Shown here: piece after piece, positions 59,558-64,000 of the stretch
How the letters are laid out: the number at the start of each line of letters is the position of its first letter
Position numbering within the stretch: position 1 is the first letter of the stretch
Assembly: GCA_964571395.1 (NCBI GenBank)
Contig: CAZNBA010000001.1
Span: 91 to 64,090 of the forward strand
Source: an uncultured Muribaculaceae bacterium
Lineage (GTDB): Bacteria > Bacteroidota > Bacteroidia > Bacteroidales > UBA932
Reading direction: 5' to 3'
DNA: 64,000 bases
The notes under the pieces: model-generated
Database searches by the model: none
Seen by the model: only the letters and a program-made list of their open reading frames with translations
Told to the model about the DNA's origin: nothing
Position numbers and translations under genes: made by a program

Positions 59558-59929
59558 CTATTCGTTATCCAAAATAAGCACTCTTGCCGGGGACTCAGGA
59601 TTCTTTACTGTAGACCCAAGTTCTTCTAATCGTGTAGCGATTTCGCCCCTCTTGCTCATATATTGCAACTTTGCATGTTTACCCGTATACTCTGCTTTAA
59701 GGTTTACAAGCTCTCTCTGGTTTCTTAACTGCTTTATCTGTGTCCTCTCCACCCCCATGTTTATACTGATGTAAACCATTATCAGTAGAAAGACATAAAG
59801 TATGAAGGGCCATTGTGATGTGATCTTACTATTATTGAGAAATTGCCCCCCAAAGAAATCCCTCATTACATTGAATTTCCCTCTTTTTGCCGCCTTTGCT
59901 CCCTCCGGTGTTCCTTTATTTTCAGCCAT
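59558..59929 (-). CDS. ftsL: FtsL-like cell division protein
   Basis: 123 aa. Single TM helix (WPFILYVFLLIMVYISI) followed by a coiled-coil-like segment, positioned between rsmH and ftsI. Confidence 0.6.
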   Translation of the reverse strand: MAENKGTPEGAKAAKRGKFNVMRDFFGGQFLNNSKITSQWPFILYVFLLIMVYISINMGVERTQIKQLRNQRELVNLKAEYTGKHAKLQYMSKRGEIATRLEELGSTVKNPESPARVLILDNE

Positions 59930-59944
59930 ATTTGTAGGTCTGTT

Positions 59945-60847
59945 TTATATTTTTTCCGCTATTCTCAATTTTGCGCTTCTGCTTCTTGTATTACTTTTAA
60001 TCTCCTCCTCTTGCGGGGTAATAGGTTTTTGTGTAATTACATTAAAACAAGTTTGTCTCTGTCCGTACATATCTTTCTCAATCTTTCCCGCCGTATTGCC
60101 AGATCTCATAAAGTTCTTAACCATTCTGTCTTCAAGGGAATGATAGGTGATAATGCTCAGTCTTCCTCCCTTATTCAGTATAGAAATGGTACCTGTTAAA
60201 AAATCCTCAAGGGCACGCATCTCGGAGTTCACCTCAATGCGTAGTGCCTGATACAGTTGTGCCAAAAACTTATGTTCGGTGTTTGTGTTGTACAACTTTT
60301 CAACTGCCAGATTAAGGTCTCCGGTAGTTTGTATTTCTGCTTTTTCTCTTGCCGAACAGATCAGTTGTGAGGCTTTCCATGCATTTGGAAGTTCTCCATA
60401 TAATTCAAAAATTTTATACAACTCCCTCTGCGAGCAAGTGTTTATCACCTCTCTGGCGCCTCTCCCAATAAGTTTGTTCATTCTCATATCTAACTCAGTA
60501 TCGAATCTGAACGAGAATCCTCTTTCAGAGGTGTCGAACTGATGCGATGATACTCCCAAATCAGCAAGTATACCCTCTACATGACTAATGTCGAGGTATT
60601 TGATGAAATTGGAAACAAATCTGAAATTATTATGAATCAGTATGAACCTTTTGTCTTTAGGGGCATTGGCCATTGCATCCTGGTCACGATCAAACGCTAT
60701 CAATCTTCCTCTTTTTCCTAATCGCTTAAGAATCTCTCTGCTGTGTCCACCACCGCCGAATGTTGCGTCAATGTAGGTGCCGCTTTCTTTTATGTTCAGC
60801 GCGGCTATGCTTTCATTAAGCAATACCGGTATGTGATATTCCGACAT
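59945..60847 (-). CDS. rsmH: 16S rRNA (cytosine1402-N4)-methyltransferase
   Basis: HIPVLLNE, DATFGGGGHS, ADLGVSSHQ and SLEDRMVK. Confidence 0.95.
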   Translation of the reverse strand: MSEYHIPVLLNESIAALNIKESGTYIDATFGGGGHSREILKRLGKRGRLIAFDRDQDAMANAPKDKRFILIHNNFRFVSNFIKYLDISHVEGILADLGVSSHQFDTSERGFSFRFDTELDMRMNKLIGRGAREVINTCSQRELYKIFELYGELPNAWKASQLICSAREKAEIQTTGDLNLAVEKLYNTNTEHKFLAQLYQALRIEVNSEMRALEDFLTGTISILNKGGRLSIITYHSLEDRMVKNFMRSGNTAGKIEKDMYGQRQTCFNVITQKPITPQEEEIKSNTRSRSAKLRIAEKI

Positions 60848-60857
60848 ATTGATAAGT

Positions 60858-61304
60858 TTAACCTAACAAATCCTCTGCAAGCGATACAAATTCCGATTGG
60901 GACATCTTTCTTGCCTCGAACTTCTCTTTACTCCAAATCTCAATCAGATGATCGTTCCCGGAAAATATAACCTCTTTATCTGCCCCAATCTGTGCAAGTA
61001 ATCTCTTTGGCAATGAGATTCTGCCCAATTTACCATCTGGCTCCACAATACTTCTGTCTCTCATATACTCTCTCCAAAACTCTGCATGTTTTCGGTTAAA
61101 GAAATTCAATCTCTCCTTTACCTTTTCAGACTCTTTTTCCCATTCTTCATAGGTGAACATTTGCAGGCAATCTTCAAATAGATCCTTTTTAACAACAAAT
61201 TTTAGCGTTTCTCCCTGAGGAAAAACATTCTTCAATTGGGACGGAAAAATGATTCTGCCCTTGTCGTCTATTTTAACTCCATATTCTCCAATGAATTTCG
61301 CCAT
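60858..61304 (-). CDS. mraZ: Transcriptional regulator MraZ
   Basis: 148 aa with two SpoVT/AbrB-like repeats, each holding a DxxGR motif (DDKGRIIFP, DGKLGRISLP). First gene of the dcw cluster. Confidence 0.92.
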   Translation of the reverse strand: MAKFIGEYGVKIDDKGRIIFPSQLKNVFPQGETLKFVVKKDLFEDCLQMFTYEEWEKESEKVKERLNFFNRKHAEFWREYMRDRSIVEPDGKLGRISLPKRLLAQIGADKEVIFSGNDHLIEIWSKEKFEARKMSQSEFVSLAEDLLG

Positions 61305-61338
61305 TTTAAATTTTCGGTTATACTTTTATGGTCAGATG

Positions 61339-61346
61339 CAAATTTA
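61339..61346 (-). promoter_or_regulatory. -7 promoter box of the dcw (mraZ) promoter
   Basis: Plus strand CAAATTTA equals minus strand TAAATTTG, 35 nt upstream of ATG 61304. Confidence 0.45.
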
Positions 61347-61363
61347 AATAATCTTTTACAATA

Positions 61364-61390
61364 TTTTCCAAATTTTTCCATTATTTTCCA
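61364..61390 (-). promoter_or_regulatory. Three 10-bp-phased direct repeats TGGAAAA (candidate MraZ operator)
   Basis: Plus strand TTTTCCA at 61364-61370, 61374-61380 and 61384-61390. The minus strand reads gTGGAAAAtaaTGGAAAAattTGGAAAAtat. Confidence 0.5.
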
Positions 61391-61448
61391 CAAAACTTAT
61401 CAACAATAAAGAATTTAATCTTAACTTTAGGGTGCAAAAGGAAGAATA

Positions 61449-62804
61449 ATGAAGAAATATTTAAGAATTGCGGTGGTGTTTGCCGCTATATGTTGCTTAC
61501 TATCTTGTAGTAATGGCAGTGAAAAAGGTGAAATAACTGGAACCGATTTAGGATCTACAAAATATGGAGTTGAATTGGAAAAATATTATTCTCAGGTCGG
61601 GGAGATAGGAAGTGGAGATTTTTTTGGTCCTCTGCTGGTAAAGTTGGGCGCGACAAATGAGCAGGTCTTGAAGTTGATTTCTGTCGCCGGAAGTGATTTT
61701 GATGTTAAAAAATTGAGATTTGGCAACAAGTACGAGGCTTTGTATGATAAAAAAATCGTTGAGGATAATCCTGTGATAGCTACTATAAAATTTGAGAAAA
61801 AAGCTGATAGGAAGCATACGGTTAAGGGGGATCTTGCCTATTTTATTTATAATAGAGATCCTCATACTCATGTGGTTTTTTCATTGAAAGAGCCGGTTTC
61901 TGTTAAGATAATTGAGGATGAGGTTAAGTCATCTTTTAGGTTTTCCGAGGTGAAAATTACAAGTTCACTTTGGCAGGATTTGAAGAATGCCGGTGCAAGC
62001 CCACTTCTTGCGCTTCAGTTATCTGATATTTATGCCTGGACAATAGATTTTTTTGGACTGCAAGATGGTGACTCATTTAAAGTTTTGTATGAGGAATTGT
62101 CGTATGAAGGGGAGGTTGTTGATATAAATGAGGTTTATTATGTTGAATTTATCCATAAAAACAAACCCTATTATGCTGTACGCTTTACAGACGGTACAAG
62201 CAGTAATAAATATTGGAATGAGCTCGGAGAGAGTCTTAAGAAAGCTTTCCTTAAGGCTCCTCTTAATTTCTTTAGAATTACTTCGAGATTTACATACGCA
62301 CGCAGGCATCCTGTACTCAAGATTGTAAGGCCGCATACAGGAGTTGATTACGCTGCTCCTAAAGGTACGCCCGTAATGGCTATCGGCGCCGGTATAGTAA
62401 TACAGAAAGGTTGGTCAGGTGGTGGCGGAAATACAATTAAAATAAAGCATAATTCTACCTATACAACCTCTTATATGCATTTGAGTGGTTATTCAAAGAC
62501 ATTGAGAAAAGGCGGGAGAGTGGCTCAGGGTGAGATTATTGGCTATGTAGGAAGTACAGGCCTTTCAACAGGGCCTCATCTCGATTTCAGAGTCTATAAA
62601 AATAACAAGCCAATAGATCCCCTTAAAATGGAGAGTCCTTCGGCTGCACCTATTTCCAAATCGAACATGGAGAGTTTTAAAAATACTATAGAGACTTACC
62701 GTTCCACTATAGATAGTTTGAAAACAAAAAAGTACGTTGATAAATTATTGAAAGGTCTTTCTCCTGTTGTCGATACTGCTGCGGCAGTAAAGAAGAGCTT
62801 ATAG
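61449..62804 (+). CDS. M23 family peptidoglycan metalloendopeptidase, lipoprotein
   Basis: Lipobox LLSCSNG. HTGVDYAAPKGTPV and GSTGLSTGPHLDF zinc-ligand motifs. Confidence 0.85.
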   Translation: MKKYLRIAVVFAAICCLLSCSNGSEKGEITGTDLGSTKYGVELEKYYSQVGEIGSGDFFGPLLVKLGATNEQVLKLISVAGSDFDVKKLRFGNKYEALYDKKIVEDNPVIATIKFEKKADRKHTVKGDLAYFIYNRDPHTHVVFSLKEPVSVKIIEDEVKSSFRFSEVKITSSLWQDLKNAGASPLLALQLSDIYAWTIDFFGLQDGDSFKVLYEELSYEGEVVDINEVYYVEFIHKNKPYYAVRFTDGTSSNKYWNELGESLKKAFLKAPLNFFRITSRFTYARRHPVLKIVRPHTGVDYAAPKGTPVMAIGAGIVIQKGWSGGGGNTIKIKHNSTYTTSYMHLSGYSKTLRKGGRVAQGEIIGYVGSTGLSTGPHLDFRVYKNNKPIDPLKMESPSAAPISKSNMESFKNTIETYRSTIDSLKTKKYVDKLLKGLSPVVDTAAAVKKSL

Positions 62805-62813
62805 TAATCCGGT

Positions 62814-63569
62814 TTATTGTTCCTCTTCGCGCTGATGTAAAACAGCTTTGCGAAGTTCGAAATTTTGTCCGAGGTACTTTTTACGTACATCTGGATTATT
62901 GGCGAGTTCCTCTGCCGTGCCGCTCTCAAGAATGCTACCCTCGTAAAGAAGATAAGCGCGGTCTGTAATGGCAAGAGTCTCATGAACATTATGGTCGGTA
63001 ATAATTACTCCGATATTTTTTGTCTTAAGTTTGGCAATAATATGTTGTATATCCTCAACTGCTATTGGGTCTACTCCAGCGAAGGGCTCATCGAGGAGGA
63101 TGAATTTTGGATCTATGGCCAGAGCGCGTGCAATCTCGCACCTTCTTCTTTCTCCTCCGGAGAGCTGAATACCATAACTTTTCCTTACCTTTTGCAGACT
63201 GAATTCATTTATTAGGGTATCCAATCTTTCCTGACGTTCCTCTTTTGTCATCTCCGACAGTTCCATTACGGCCATCAAATTATCCTCAACAGATAGTTTC
63301 CTGAATACTGATGCCTCCTGTGCAAGATACCCAAGCCCTTTTTGTGCTCTCTTATACATTGGAAGAGCCGTGATATCCTCATTGTCGAGGTATATCCTGC
63401 CTCCGTCCGGCTTTATAAGTCCTGTAATCATGTAAAAACTTGTTGTCTTGCCGGCTCCGTTAGGCCCTAAAAGGCCCACAATCTCACCCTGCTCAACTTC
63501 AATTGAAACTCCTTTTACGACGGTTCTTTTCCCGTATTTTTTAATAAGATTGGTGCAATATAGACGCAT
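62814..63569 (-). CDS. lptB: LPS export ABC transporter ATP-binding protein
   Basis: Walker [18 protein letters not shown] and [12 protein letters not shown]. About 250 aa with no TM domain. The start is trimmed to ATG 63569. Confidence 0.88.
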   Translation of the reverse strand: MRLYCTNLIKKYGKRTVVKGVSIEVEQGEIVGLLGPNGAGKTTSFYMITGLIKPDGGRIYLDNEDITALPMYKRAQKGLGYLAQEASVFRKLSVEDNLMAVMELSEMTKEERQERLDTLINEFSLQKVRKSYGIQLSGGERRRCEIARALAIDPKFILLDEPFAGVDPIAVEDIQHIIAKLKTKNIGVIITDHNVHETLAITDRAYLLYEGSILESGTAEELANNPDVRKKYLGQNFELRKAVLHQREEEQ

Positions 63570-63594
63570 ATATAAAAAATTTAACTCTTTTGGG

Positions 63595-64000
63595 CTATTG
63601 TAATTCAAGGTCGAGATCCTTCTTCAGTTCGCGTAGCTCCTCATTATTGTTCATGAGAAATTCCGCTTGCTGTTGGGGCATATAGAGCTTATTTTCACTC
63701 TCCTCAGCCTTTTTGACTTTAATAATCAACTTAATATTGTTATTTGAGAGCTCTTGCTTTAGAAAATCCGTGAGAGCTATCTGTGAATTTTTTTCAATCC
63801 AAGCTTGTTGTGCACTATTGCTTACAGTAAAGATGATTGTAAGATTATCCTCCATAAGTTTTGGCGTGGTTTGCGATATTGCAGTGCCCAATCTCGGATG
63901 AGCTTTCTGGCTTTTACCCATCTTTTCCCACGCATGATTAAGTGCTTCAATTGTTACCTCTTTATTATCAGTAATCTTTTTTGTCTCCTCTTTGTGAGCT
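63595..64000 (-). CDS. 3' end of a gene continuing beyond the window, possibly the C-terminus of DNA polymerase III gamma/tau (DnaX)
   Basis: The frame stays open upstream of the track's Met (63921) to the window edge (...[20 protein letters not shown]...). The C-terminal pattern ...NIKLIIKV...[31 protein letters not shown] resembles Bacteroidota DnaX tails as I recall them. This is unverified. Confidence 0.35.
   Translation of the reverse strand, partial: AHKEETKKITDNKEVTIEALNHAWEKMGKSQKAHPRLGTAISQTTPKLMEDNLTIIFTVSNSAQQAWIEKNSQIALTDFLKQELSNNNIKLIIKVKKAEESENKLYMPQQQAEFLMNNNEELRELKKDLDLELQ

Noticed and set aside
46015-61304. Absence of murF and ddl from the dcw cluster, considered as a possible deletion or rearrangement.
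   Set aside because: As far as I recall, the order mraZ-rsmH-ftsL-ftsI-murE-mraY-murD-ftsW-murG-murC-ftsQ-ftsA-ftsZ without murF and ddl is the normal Bacteroidota arrangement. No scar or pseudogene remnant is visible.
1-64000. Whole-window look for tRNA or rRNA genes, CRISPR arrays, IS elements, integrases, toxin-antitoxin pairs and known defence genes.
   Set aside because: The intergenic gaps are all 250 bp or less and contain no tRNA-like T-loop or acceptor pattern and no spaced repeat array. No ORF shows transposase, integrase or nuclease hallmarks I could recognise. This was a visual inspection only, so small or divergent elements could have been missed.

Overview
This 64-kb AT-rich window reads as core chromosome of a Bacteroidota (Bacteroidales-like) bacterium. 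I call about 62 protein genes at high coding density. I found no rRNA, tRNA, CRISPR array, transposase, integrase or phage-like gene by eye.

Gene content, in order:
- 1-3.3 kb: the 3' end of a FISUMP-domain gene, a TlpA-like thioredoxin, ldcA, pnuC and a guaD-like deaminase.
- 3.5-9.2 kb, minus strand: a serC-serA-DUF1015 operon, then yigZ-pyrB-pyrI.
- 9.2-18.6 kb: a LuxC-like reductase, miaA, recQ, kdsD, a ureohydrolase, nhaA and an FKBP isomerase.
- 18.7-28.0 kb: a long same-strand array with a 759-aa unknown protein, a DUF4834-like protein, an MsbA-like ABC transporter, an acyl-CoA-ligase-like enzyme, dCMP deaminase, an S41 protease, rpiB and truB.
- 28.2-32.5 kb: queA, dprA, tatD and ansA.
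- 32.6-38.6 kb: exbB, a small membrane protein, exbD and exbD, then three secreted hydrolases (alkaline phosphatase, GHL10, SGNH).
- 38.7-46.0 kb: asnS, udk, a TonB-like protein, a solute-binding-domain histidine kinase, galE and gltX.
- 46.0-61.3 kb, minus strand: the complete dcw cluster mraZ-rsmH-ftsL-ftsI-murE-mraY-murD-ftsW-murG-murC-ftsQ-ftsA-ftsZ.
- 61.4-64.0 kb: an M23 peptidase, lptB and a partial dnaX-like 3' end.

Exact matches to the Bacteroides -7 promoter box TAnnTTTG sit upstream of many first genes. Together with several intrinsic-terminator hairpins, they let me trim a number of N-terminal extensions in the ORF track.

I see no obvious accessory island or defence system. The most unusual signals are:
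1. A 449-codon stop-free antisense frame, codon-phased with the GHL10 gene, where the sense gene uses no TTA, CTA or TCA codon.
2. Three 10-bp-phased TGGAAAA repeats at the mraZ promoter, a candidate MraZ operator.
3. A DUF1015 gene embedded in the serine-biosynthesis operon.
4. A tightly packed unknown / DUF4834 / MsbA-like / acyl-ligase array.

All family assignments rest on motifs read by eye from the translations. No database search was run.
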